In this document: positions 20,340-27,796 of the stretch, in pieces
Layout of the letters: every line of letters starts with the position of its first letter
Position numbering within the stretch: position 1 is the stretch's first letter
Assembly: GCA_943350175.1 (NCBI GenBank)
Contig: CALQZX010000007.1
Location: forward strand, 1 to 44,151
Origin: Parcubacteria group bacterium
Lineage (GTDB): Bacteria; Patescibacteriota; Microgenomatia; UBA1400; PJMF01
Reading direction: 5' to 3'
Length of the DNA: 44,151 nucleotides
The notes under the pieces: generated by a model
What the model was told of the DNA's origin: nothing
What the model saw: the letters and a program-made list of their open reading frames with translations, nothing else
Databases searched by the model: none
Translations under genes and position numbers: made by a program

Positions 20340-20747
20340 ATGCCACGTATTGCAGGTCAAGACCTACCAGATCACAAAAAAGTTCCTTATGCACTTCGCT
20401 ACATTTTTGGCGTCGGTCCAAAAATAGCTAATGACGTCATTAAGAAAACCAAGATCAACCCAGATAAAAGAGCTAATGAGCTTAATTCTGAAGAAATTAA
20501 CAGAATCCAAGCTGCTTTAGATCAGGTGATGATCGAAGGTGATCTTAGAAGAGAAATCAGTGATAACATTTCTCGTTTAAAAAGAATTCATGCTTACAGA
20601 GGTCTTCGTCATATTGCTGGCTTGCCAGTTAGAGGACAAAGAACCAAATCTAACGCTCGTACCAAGAGAGGTGCAAAGAAAACCATTGGTGCTTTAAGTA
20701 AAGAAGCAGCAACAGCAAAGGCAGAACCAGCAAAAAGTACTAAGTAA
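20340..20747 (+). CDS. rpsM: 30S ribosomal protein S13
   Basis: MPRIAG, YIFGVG, EGDLRRE, YRGLRH, LPVRGQRTKSNARTK. Confidence 0.99.
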   Translation: MPRIAGQDLPDHKKVPYALRYIFGVGPKIANDVIKKTKINPDKRANELNSEEINRIQAALDQVMIEGDLRREISDNISRLKRIHAYRGLRHIAGLPVRGQRTKSNARTKRGAKKTIGALSKEAATAKAEPAKSTK

Positions 20748-20764
20748 TCTAAGTTAATGATTTT

Positions 20765-21154
20765 ATGGCTAAACAAATTAAGAAAAATCAAAGCAAAAAA
20801 GTCAGTCGCGTCGTTCCTTCCGGACGATTATACGTTAGCGCAACTTTCAATAACACTTTAGTGAGTATCACTGATGAACAGGGTGCAGTTTTATGCTGGT
20901 CTAGTACCGGTGAAGCTGGCTTTTCTGGTTCACGTAAGTCTACTCCTTATGCAGCTACTGTCGCTCTAGAAAATGCAATCAACAAAGCTAAAAATTACGG
21001 TATGAGTAAGATGGATGTTTATATCAAGGGCCCAGGTCCTGGTAGAGACGTCGCCCTCAGAGTGTTGCGTGCTCAAGGAATTAAGGTTTCCATGATAGCC
21101 GACCTCACTCCGGTGCCCCATAACGGCACTAGACCAAGAAAGGCTAGACACTAA
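20765..21154 (+). CDS. rpsK: 30S ribosomal protein S11
   Basis: ATFNNT, GFSGSRKSTPYAA, KGPGPGR, TPVPHNG. Confidence 0.99.
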   Translation: MAKQIKKNQSKKVSRVVPSGRLYVSATFNNTLVSITDEQGAVLCWSSTGEAGFSGSRKSTPYAATVALENAINKAKNYGMSKMDVYIKGPGPGRDVALRVLRAQGIKVSMIADLTPVPHNGTRPRKARH

Positions 21155-21155
21155 T

Positions 21156-21761
21156 ATGGCAAGATATGTTGGACCAAAACAGAGATTACAAAGACAGATT
21201 GGTGAAGATTTAGGTCTTAAAACCAATGCTCTTAAAACTGCTCGTAGATTAGCAAATAGACCAGGCCAACACGGTGCCAAAGGTCGTCGTAAAATTTCTA
21301 ACTACGGTGTGCAGCTCAAAGAAAAGCAAAAATTAAAATACATTTATGGTCTCTTAGAGAAGCAACTCAGAGCTGTCTACGAAGAGGCTAGTAAAAATCC
21401 AGCCGCTACCGGTACTGCTATGTTGAGTTTCTTAGAGAGAAGATTAGACAACGTTGTTTATCGTTTGGGTTGGGCTCCTACTAGAGCTTCCGCTAGACAA
21501 TTGGTTAATCATGATCATTTCACTGTCAACGGTAAAAGAATGAACATTCCTTCTTACAAAGTTAATGTTGGTGATATTTTGACCATGAAGGCCAAAACAG
21601 CCAAGATTCCAGTTGTAGCTGAAATGATGAAGCAAGAGGCTATTCTGCCAGTCTGGCTAGAAGCCAAAAATGGTGCAGCTCATGTTACTAAGTTGCCAGT
21701 GAGAGAAGATGTCACTGAAAAAGTCGAAGAACAATTAATAGTCGAGTATTACAATAGATAA
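21156..21761 (+). CDS. rpsD: 30S ribosomal protein S4
   Basis: MARYVGP, PGQHG, QLKEKQK, LERRLDNVVYRLG, QLIVEYY. Confidence 0.99.
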   Translation: MARYVGPKQRLQRQIGEDLGLKTNALKTARRLANRPGQHGAKGRRKISNYGVQLKEKQKLKYIYGLLEKQLRAVYEEASKNPAATGTAMLSFLERRLDNVVYRLGWAPTRASARQLVNHDHFTVNGKRMNIPSYKVNVGDILTMKAKTAKIPVVAEMMKQEAILPVWLEAKNGAAHVTKLPVREDVTEKVEEQLIVEYYNR

Positions 21762-21848
21762 TTAGAAATTACGGAAACGGATTCCTCTGTAATGGAGGGA
21801 GATGAAACAAAGGAAAATATGTCAAACACAATTAAAGATTACGCAGTC

Positions 21849-22763
21849 ATGACCCCAAATTTTAGTGTCATTGAATTAGAAGCCAGTAGCACTCGCTCTA
21901 CTGTTGTTTTGGAAGCTTTAGAGAGTGGCTATGGCCACACTCTTGGCAACGCTTTACGTCGCGTCCTTTTGACTTCTCTTTCAGGTGCCGCTATTACTAA
22001 AGTCACCATTGATGGCGTCACTCATCAGTTCACCTCTTTTGAAGGTATGACTGAAGATGTGGTCGAATTAATTTTAAATATCAAACAAATCCGTGTTAAA
22101 GCAGAAGGTGTCGAGCCAGGAACTTTGCGCTTAAACGTCAAAGGTGCCAAAGAAGTCACCGCAGCTGACATCGAATGTGAAGCTGGTTTTGAAGTCATCA
22201 ACAAAGATCTTTATCTCGCTACTTTAGCTAAAGGTAAAAATCTTAGTATCGAAATGGTGGTTGAATCTGGAGTTGGTTACAAACTAGCTTCTGAAACCGA
22301 AAGTGAAGCAGTTGGTCAAATTTCCATCGATGCTTTATTCTCACCAGTCATCAAAGTTTCTTACAAAGTCGAGGCTACTCGTGTTGGTCGTCGTACTGAC
22401 TTCGATAAAATCGTTTTCGATATCGAAACTGATGGCACAATCTCTCCTTTAAATGCTATCAAACAAGCTGCTGAGATTTTGATCAAACAATTTAGTCAAA
22501 TCGTTAACCCAGTTATTAAAGAAGTTAAAGAAGAGTTGGTCAGCATGAGTCCAGAAGAAGTTGAGACTATGAAATTGACCGTTGAAGAACTTGATCTGCC
22601 AACCAGAATCGCTAATGCTCTTCGTAAAGGTGGTTTCGAAACTGTTGCTGATCTAACCAGATCACCAAAAGATGAAATCTCCAGAGTCAAGAATTTAGGT
22701 GGCAAAAGCATCGACCTCATCGAAGAAGCTCTTGGTAAAAAAGGAGTTGTCTTAACTGACTAA
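21849..22763 (+). CDS. rpoA: DNA-directed RNA polymerase alpha subunit (start uncertain: 21792, 21819 or 21849)
   Basis: GYGHTLGNALRRVLL, IDALFSPV, VEATRVG, EELDLPTRIANAL, VKNLGGKS. Confidence 0.98.
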   Translation: MTPNFSVIELEASSTRSTVVLEALESGYGHTLGNALRRVLLTSLSGAAITKVTIDGVTHQFTSFEGMTEDVVELILNIKQIRVKAEGVEPGTLRLNVKGAKEVTAADIECEAGFEVINKDLYLATLAKGKNLSIEMVVESGVGYKLASETESEAVGQISIDALFSPVIKVSYKVEATRVGRRTDFDKIVFDIETDGTISPLNAIKQAAEILIKQFSQIVNPVIKEVKEELVSMSPEEVETMKLTVEELDLPTRIANALRKGGFETVADLTRSPKDEISRVKNLGGKSIDLIEEALGKKGVVLTD

Positions 22764-22782
22764 AATTTCTTGAAAGTTTAAT

Positions 22783-23334
22783 ATGAAACACAGAATAAAA
22801 GCTAAACACTTCAATAGAGACAACTCAAGTCGTAAATCCTTATTAAAGAATTTACTACGCAGTCTTTTTGAACATGGTGAAATTAAAACTAGCGAAGCTA
22901 GAACCAAAGAAATCAAGAGATTAGCCGACAAAATGATCTCCAAAGCTTCTGAGGGCACTTTAACTGCTCGTAGAGAATTGCACAAATTCTTCGGCAGAAG
23001 AGATGTGGTCAATGCTTTGGTAGACAAAATTGCTCCAATGTTTGCAGGCAAAAAATCAGGCTTTACTACTTTGGAAAAATTAGCTCCTAGACGCGGTGAC
23101 AACACCATGGTTTTCAAATTGTCTCTTTTAATCGGAGATAATAAACTCACTTCTTTGAAAAAAGAAAAAGTTGAAGGCGAAGTCGTAGCTAAAGAAGTTA
23201 AGGCAGAAGCTAAAGTCAAAAAAGTAGCTACCAAAAAAATCGAAGTCAAAGAAGTTGCTAAGCCAGCTGCTAAAAAAGCAGTTGCTAAGAAACCAGCAGC
23301 AGCAAAAGCTAAGAAATCAGAGGAGAAAAAATAA
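22783..23334 (+). CDS. rplQ: 50S ribosomal protein L17 with Lys/Ala-rich C-terminal tail
   Basis: MKHR, HGEIKTSEAR, SGFT, RRGDN; follows rpoA. Confidence 0.97.
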   Translation: MKHRIKAKHFNRDNSSRKSLLKNLLRSLFEHGEIKTSEARTKEIKRLADKMISKASEGTLTARRELHKFFGRRDVVNALVDKIAPMFAGKKSGFTTLEKLAPRRGDNTMVFKLSLLIGDNKLTSLKKEKVEGEVVAKEVKAEAKVKKVATKKIEVKEVAKPAAKKAVAKKPAAAKAKKSEEKK

Positions 23335-23768
23335 TGTTTCAAAAATTTAAGACCTTTAGCCAAAAAAAGGAAGCAGTTCAGAGAGATTGGCTTTTGTACG
23401 ATGCTTCTGGCAAAGTTTTAGGCAGATTAGCTACTGAAATTGCTGAGAAATTAATCGGTAAAGACAAAGTTACCTACACTCCAAATGTTGATGGTGGTGA
23501 TTATGTTGTTTTAATTAACACTGAAAAAATCGAAGTCACCAGAAATAAAGCTGAGAAAAAAGTTTATTCCTGGAACACTGGTTTCCCAGGTGGACTTAGA
23601 CAGCGCACTTTTAGTGAAATGTTGGCTAAGAACCCAGAGAAATTGATCAAAAGAGCTGTTAAGAACATGTTACCAAAAAACAGATTGCGTGATATCAGAT
23701 TAGACAGATTGAAAGTCATTGTTGGCAGTGAGAATCCATACCAAGGAATGATAAAAAAGGCTAAATAA
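23334..23768 (+). CDS. rplM: 50S ribosomal protein L13
   Basis: DASGKVLGRLATEIA, YTPNVDGGDYV, TGFPGGL, MLPKNRL. Confidence 0.99.
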   Translation: MFQKFKTFSQKKEAVQRDWLLYDASGKVLGRLATEIAEKLIGKDKVTYTPNVDGGDYVVLINTEKIEVTRNKAEKKVYSWNTGFPGGLRQRTFSEMLAKNPEKLIKRAVKNMLPKNRLRDIRLDRLKVIVGSENPYQGMIKKAK

Positions 23769-23769
23769 T

Positions 23770-24285
23770 ATGGCAATAAGAATGAACAAGAAAAATACTA
23801 AGGCTCAAAAAGTGATTAAAAAAATAATCACTCCAGTAGCTACTAGTAAGAAAAAAGCAGTTGAAGTCGAGAAAAATTTCAAAATTCCTAAGAGTAAATA
23901 CTTCGAAGCCATGGGTCGCCGTAAGGTTGCCAGTGCCAGAGTTCGTATTTACGAAGGTCAAGGTGATTTAGTCGTTAATAATTTGTTAATCGCTGAATAT
24001 TTTAGCGGAGTCAGAAATGCTCCAGCTATCTATATGAAGCCTTTCGAATTGACCGGCACTAAAGGTAAATTCTCCATTACTGCTAAGATTTCTGGATCAG
24101 GCATTGATGCCCAGCTAGAAGCCTTGGTTAATGGTATTGCCAAAGCTTTAGTCGCTTTCAACCCAGAACTTCGTACTTTCCTCAAGCCAGCTGGTTTATT
24201 AACCAGAGATGACAGAATGAAAGAAACCAGAAAAATGGGTATGGGTGGTAAAGCTCGCCGTAAGAGACAGTCTCCAAAACGTTAA
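23770..24285 (+). CDS. rpsI: 30S ribosomal protein S9 with N-terminal extension
   Basis: GRRKVASARV, GLLTRDDRMKE, KARRKRQSPKR. Confidence 0.98.
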   Translation: MAIRMNKKNTKAQKVIKKIITPVATSKKKAVEVEKNFKIPKSKYFEAMGRRKVASARVRIYEGQGDLVVNNLLIAEYFSGVRNAPAIYMKPFELTGTKGKFSITAKISGSGIDAQLEALVNGIAKALVAFNPELRTFLKPAGLLTRDDRMKETRKMGMGGKARRKRQSPKR

Positions 24286-24314
24286 AGATTATCTTTTATT
24301 TTTTTTATAGAATT

Positions 24315-24342
24315 AAAAACCCGCTCGAAAGAGCGGGTTTTT
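24315..24342 (+). terminator. Intrinsic terminator ending the r-protein supercluster
   Basis: AAAAACCCGCTC-GAAA-GAGCGGGTTTTT perfect stem with T tract. Confidence 0.92.
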
Positions 24343-24447
24343 GGTTGTTGATGGGGTTTGGTGCTCGAATTCTCTAATATCGGACAAATTAACTCCTTAG
24401 AACGAGATGATTTTTTTGAAGAGCTGGGTAAAATTAAAATAATAATT

Positions 24448-24489
24448 AAAAAAAGCACTGCAGGTGATTTTATTCACCCCTCAGTGCTT
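24448..24489 (-). terminator. Putative minus-strand terminator downstream of the small ORF/HU gene
   Basis: AAGCACTG/CAGTGCTT (24453-24460/24482-24489) with inner GGTGA/TCACC stem; ends in a T tract on the minus strand. Confidence 0.55.
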
Positions 24490-24525
24490 AATTTGTTTAA
24501 TTGAAAATCAAATTTTTGGTTTCAA

Positions 24526-24753
24526 TTACGATTTTGTATTTTCTTTTAAGAGTCTGCTTTTCAGAATACTCAAGTGAACTATCAATGCAGAGTAGCTTTG
24601 AAATGCCTCGTATTCTTCGAGTTGGAGTCCTCCGTCATTTTTAAGAAACTTTACATTTGGAAAATTTTTTAAGATTTCTCCAATCACTGCTTCAGTTCCT
24701 TCTATGCTGGGTGGTAAGCTGCTTCCACCTTCAACTCGTTCTCTAACAAGCAT
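24526..24753 (-). CDS. Hypothetical protein (75 aa)
   Basis: ATG preceded by AGAAAGGA at 6 nt; no family recognised. Confidence 0.55.
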   Translation of the reverse strand: MLVRERVEGGSSLPPSIEGTEAVIGEILKNFPNVKFLKNDGGLQLEEYEAFQSYSALIVHLSILKSRLLKENTKS

Positions 24754-24810
24754 GAGTATTCCTTTCTTTAAAACATGTTCTTAATTGACTGTTTTAAAGC
24801 TAATTACGAG

Positions 24811-25086
24811 TTACCAAACTTCTTTTTTCAAAGGTTTGCCGACGCGGAAGTTAATGACTTTATGGCCCTTAACGACTTGTCTCTTGGCTTTGTCGCCAAA
24901 TGGTTCGACGTGTTTATCTTTGACTTTACTAACGTAAAAAGTACCAAAGCCTGAAAGGACGACTTTGTCACCTTTTTTCAAACTACGAATAATTTCTTCA
25001 AACATTGACTCAACTGCTTCGAGGGAAGCTTTTTTGGTCAAATGAGCTTTTTTGGCAACGACATTAATCAAATCTGATTTGGTCAT
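24811..25086 (-). CDS. HU/IHF-family DNA-binding protein with atypical arm
   Basis: MTKSDLINVVA, GDKVVLSGFGTF, FRVGKPLK; SD AGAAAGGTG. Confidence 0.93.
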   Translation of the reverse strand: MTKSDLINVVAKKAHLTKKASLEAVESMFEEIIRSLKKGDKVVLSGFGTFYVSKVKDKHVEPFGDKAKRQVVKGHKVINFRVGKPLKKEVW

Positions 25087-25126
25087 GATGCACCTTTCTC
25101 TTGTATAACTGTTAAATGTTATCCCA

Positions 25127-25154
25127 AGTGTACTATTTTGATTGAGTAAGTCAA
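25127..25154 (-). promoter_or_regulatory. Sigma70 promoter of the HU-family gene
   Basis: Minus strand TTGACT, 16 nt, TACACT. Confidence 0.6.
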
Positions 25155-25161
25155 GAAGTAG

Positions 25162-25551
25162 TTAGATTAATTTTAGTTGATATAACAATGCAGTTGCCAC
25201 TCCAATCGCATCGAAGCCTATATCTTTCAAAGTTGGGTGTCTGCCTGGAACAGTTCCTTGATGTAGTTCATCAGTTATAGCATATAGAAGACTAATGAGT
25301 AGTGGAAATAAATAGCTTTTTTTATCAATCTTTTTGCCATTTGTTTGCTGGTAAGCTTGGAATAGCAAAAGATACAGAACAGCATAGACAAACATGTGAG
25401 CGAGTTTTTTAAAGACAAAATCGTAGAAGGAGATAGAGAATCCTGGGAGTACTTCCTGTGATGATAGCAGAAAGATGAAAACAGCCCAAACTGCGGGTTT
25501 TAGATAGGCTAAAAAGTAAGTTTTAACTGCGTTTGGCTTTGATTTTGACAT
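25162..25551 (-). CDS. VanZ-family membrane protein
   Basis: WAVFIFLLSSQ, KKLAHMFVYAVL, YAITDELHQGTVPGR, DIGFDAIG. Confidence 0.9.
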   Translation of the reverse strand: MSKSKPNAVKTYFLAYLKPAVWAVFIFLLSSQEVLPGFSISFYDFVFKKLAHMFVYAVLYLLLFQAYQQTNGKKIDKKSYLFPLLISLLYAITDELHQGTVPGRHPTLKDIGFDAIGVATALLYQLKLI

Positions 25552-26206
25552 AAATGAGAAACAAAGAACTTAAAATGATTAGCGAACTTCCAATTATAGC
25601 ATTTAGGATTTCTGTTTTCCCTTCTGTTTTACCTAAAAAAACTAAGCGAGTTTTTCTATTAGAAAATGGCTTTTCTTCAATTTGAAGTTTTATGTTGTTT
25701 AGGTCGTATTTATAAGATTTTTTTGTTTGCTGATAAACAGTAGGCGATGGTGTTGTGGCTGGATTTTCAGTAGTCGTTTCAGTGGGAGTTGAGGTCGGAG
25801 TCGGAGTTGTAGTGGGAGTTGGAGAAGTTGTTGGCGTGGGAGTTATTTCTGGATTGATTAGGTTTTTACTTGTCTCGCTTAAAATAAAATTTTCAGTTTC
25901 TGGTTCTCTAGACCAGCTCAAGCCTTTTTGAGTTTCGCTGTAGCTAAATGAATCTAGAACGGCACCGCTTGAATCTTTGAGGATGACGCTGTCTTGGTCA
26001 TTATTTAAACCACTGACTTCTATTACTAGGATTTGGTCTGTAAATTTTTCATCGCTAAATTTATAAATTTGATGATAACTATCAAAAATAGTGTAATTAC
26101 TCAAGCTTAAATTTTCGTCAATTTGTCCAATTGCTAAAAATTCAATCCATTCGCTGCCCGATTCTGGATTTGGATAGATTTCATTAATTAAAATTTCTAA
26201 GGACAC
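25523..26206 (-). CDS. Lamin-tail-domain (LTD)-like protein with Pro/Thr linker and C-terminal TM helix
   Basis: INEIYPNP, EWIE, LNNDQDSVILKD, DSFSY, SWSR; TPTP repeats; hydrophobic C-terminal segment followed by basic residues. Confidence 0.75.
   Translation of the reverse strand: MSLEILINEIYPNPESGSEWIEFLAIGQIDENLSLSNYTIFDSYHQIYKFSDEKFTDQILVIEVSGLNNDQDSVILKDSSGAVLDSFSYSETQKGLSWSREPETENFILSETSKNLINPEITPTPTTSPTPTTTPTPTSTPTETTTENPATTPSPTVYQQTKKSYKYDLNNIKLQIEEKPFSNRKTRLVFLGKTEGKTEILNAIIGSSLIILSSLFLIYVKIKAKRS
25740..25845 (-). repeat. Low-complexity Pro/Thr-encoding repeat
   Basis: GTGGGAGTT recurs three times on the + strand; encodes TPTPTTSPTPTTTPTPTSTPT. Confidence 0.8.
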
Positions 26207-26317
26207 TTACTCTATTTTCTTACCTCTAGTTTGCAGTAATTGTGCCAAAACTGCGTTTGCATTGTTCTTCTTTTTTTGTTAAAAATCTAACTAATTATAA
26301 ATTACAAAAAGTAACCT

Positions 26318-26704
26318 ATGAAAAAAATTATCGTATTGATTCTACTTGTGGCTTTAGTTCCTGCATATCTTTTTTATCAAAAAAATAATGCAAAAGTAGA
26401 AGAACCAGCTAAAGAAATGGTCCAAGAAACCACACCATCTCCAGTAGCGACAATGTACTCAATTGCTGACGTTGAGAAACACAGCACTAAGGAAGATTGC
26501 TGGCTAGCTATCGAAGGTAAAGTTTATGATGTTACCAAAGTTACAACGAGTGGCAAACATCCAGGCGGAGAAGCTATCCTAGAAGGTTGCGGCAAAGACG
26601 CTACCGTTCTATTTAACACTCGTCCAATGGGTTCTGGAACTTCACATTCTGATAAGGCTCGCAGCAGTCTAGCTAACTTCATAATTGGCGATTTATCAAA
26701 GTAA
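26318..26704 (+). CDS. Membrane-anchored cytochrome b5-like heme/steroid-binding domain protein
   Basis: N-terminal hydrophobic anchor; KHSTKEDCWLAIEGKVYDVT, HPGG, GKDAT, HS...A, IGDL. Confidence 0.92.
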   Translation: MKKIIVLILLVALVPAYLFYQKNNAKVEEPAKEMVQETTPSPVATMYSIADVEKHSTKEDCWLAIEGKVYDVTKVTTSGKHPGGEAILEGCGKDATVLFNTRPMGSGTSHSDKARSSLANFIIGDLSK

Positions 26705-26722
26705 ATTTAATCACATCTCATC

Positions 26723-26766
26723 TTGAAATTTCATGACATATAGACTATCATCTATATGTCATGAAA
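26723..26766 (+). promoter_or_regulatory. Promoter plus perfect 16-6-16 inverted-repeat operator of the ArsR-suf-mnmA operon
   Basis: TTGAAA (26723-26728), 17 nt, TATCAT (26746-26751); TTTCATGACATATAGA (26729-26744) is the exact reverse complement of TCTATATGTCATGAAA (26751-26766). Confidence 0.85.
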
Positions 26767-27042
26767 GCCTCTAATTGCAGTCATTGTTTTAGTAACTTAG
26801 CCGTCGATTCACGCATGAAAATATTCCTTTTCTTAAAAGAAAATGGATCTAAAATTGTTTCAGAAGTTGTTAAAGAGACTTCTCTAAGCCAGCCAACTAT
26901 TTCCTATCATTTAAAGAATATGGAAAAGTCTGGTCTTCTATCAAAAAAACGAATTGGTAAAGAAATTTACTATGAAGTAAACAACAGTTGTCCGGAAAGT
27001 CACGAAATTTGTGTTTTTAAACAAATGAATTTCACTAATTAA
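26761..27042 (+). CDS. ArsR/SmtB-family winged-HTH transcriptional regulator with 4 Cys
   Basis: FSNLAVDSRMKI, LSQPTISYHLKNM, GLL, RIGKEIYY; Cys6, Cys9, Cys77, Cys84. Confidence 0.9.
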   Translation: MKASNCSHCFSNLAVDSRMKIFLFLKENGSKIVSEVVKETSLSQPTISYHLKNMEKSGLLSKKRIGKEIYYEVNNSCPESHEICVFKQMNFTN

Positions 27043-27056
27043 TTTTTCAATAAGGA

Positions 27057-27794
27057 ATGTCTGTGCTTAAAATAAAAAATCTTCAAGTTTCATTAAATAA
27101 AAAAAATATTTTAGATAAAATTGATTTATCGATTAAAAACGGTGAGACACATATCTTGATGGGTCAGAATGGTGCTGGCAAAAGTACTTTGGCACAAAGC
27201 ATCATGGGCAATCCAAATTACTCAGTTAAAGGTGAAATTTCTTTTGACACTCACAGCTTATTGGAGCTGGATCCACAGCAAAGAGCCGCTCTTGGAATAT
27301 TTTTATCTTTCCAACAAATCTTAGAAATTCCTGGAGTAAAAATTTATGACTATTTGAAATTACTGCATAAGAAAAGTCATGAAAAAAAACTAACTCCAAT
27401 GAAGTTTAAAGCATTTTTGAAAGAAAGAATGGAAATATTAAGTTTTAATGAGGAGTTTCTGAAACGCTCTCTAAATCATGGTTTTTCTGGTGGTGAAAAG
27501 AAGAAAATGGAAGTTTTGCAAATGTTGGTTTTAGAGCCAAAGCTAATCATTTTAGATGAGATAGATAGTGGTTTGGACATTGATGCGATTGAAGCAGTGG
27601 CTAAGGCAGTCAATTTTCTTAAAAAAGAGAAAAAGAGCTCAGTTTTATTGATTACTCATTATTCAAGAATTTTAAATTTCCTGAGCGTAGATCATGTTCA
27701 CTTGTTGAGTAAAGGAAAAATTGTTAAAGATGGTGATGGATTATTAGTTAAGCAAATTGAAGCAAAAGGTTTTGCTGCTTTCCTCAAAGAATAA
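27057..27794 (+). CDS. sufC: Fe-S cluster assembly ATPase SufC
   Basis: MGQNGAGKSTL, GIFLSFQ, GFSGGEKKK, LDEIDSGLDIDA, ITHY. Confidence 0.97.
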   Translation: MSVLKIKNLQVSLNKKNILDKIDLSIKNGETHILMGQNGAGKSTLAQSIMGNPNYSVKGEISFDTHSLLELDPQQRAALGIFLSFQQILEIPGVKIYDYLKLLHKKSHEKKLTPMKFKAFLKERMEILSFNEEFLKRSLNHGFSGGEKKKMEVLQMLVLEPKLIILDEIDSGLDIDAIEAVAKAVNFLKKEKKSSVLLITHYSRILNFLSVDHVHLLSKGKIVKDGDGLLVKQIEAKGFAAFLKE

Positions 27795-27796
27795 AT

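Noticed and set aside
22752-23363. 203-aa antisense ORF over rplQ, and the many other antisense or alternate-frame ORFs inside core genes
   Set aside because: Shadow ORFs explained by codon bias and low-complexity sequence of well-supported genes
24358-24504. 48-codon plus-strand ORF after the rpsI terminator
   Set aside because: TTG/GTG start without promoter or SD, lies behind a strong terminator and overlaps a minus-strand terminator hairpin
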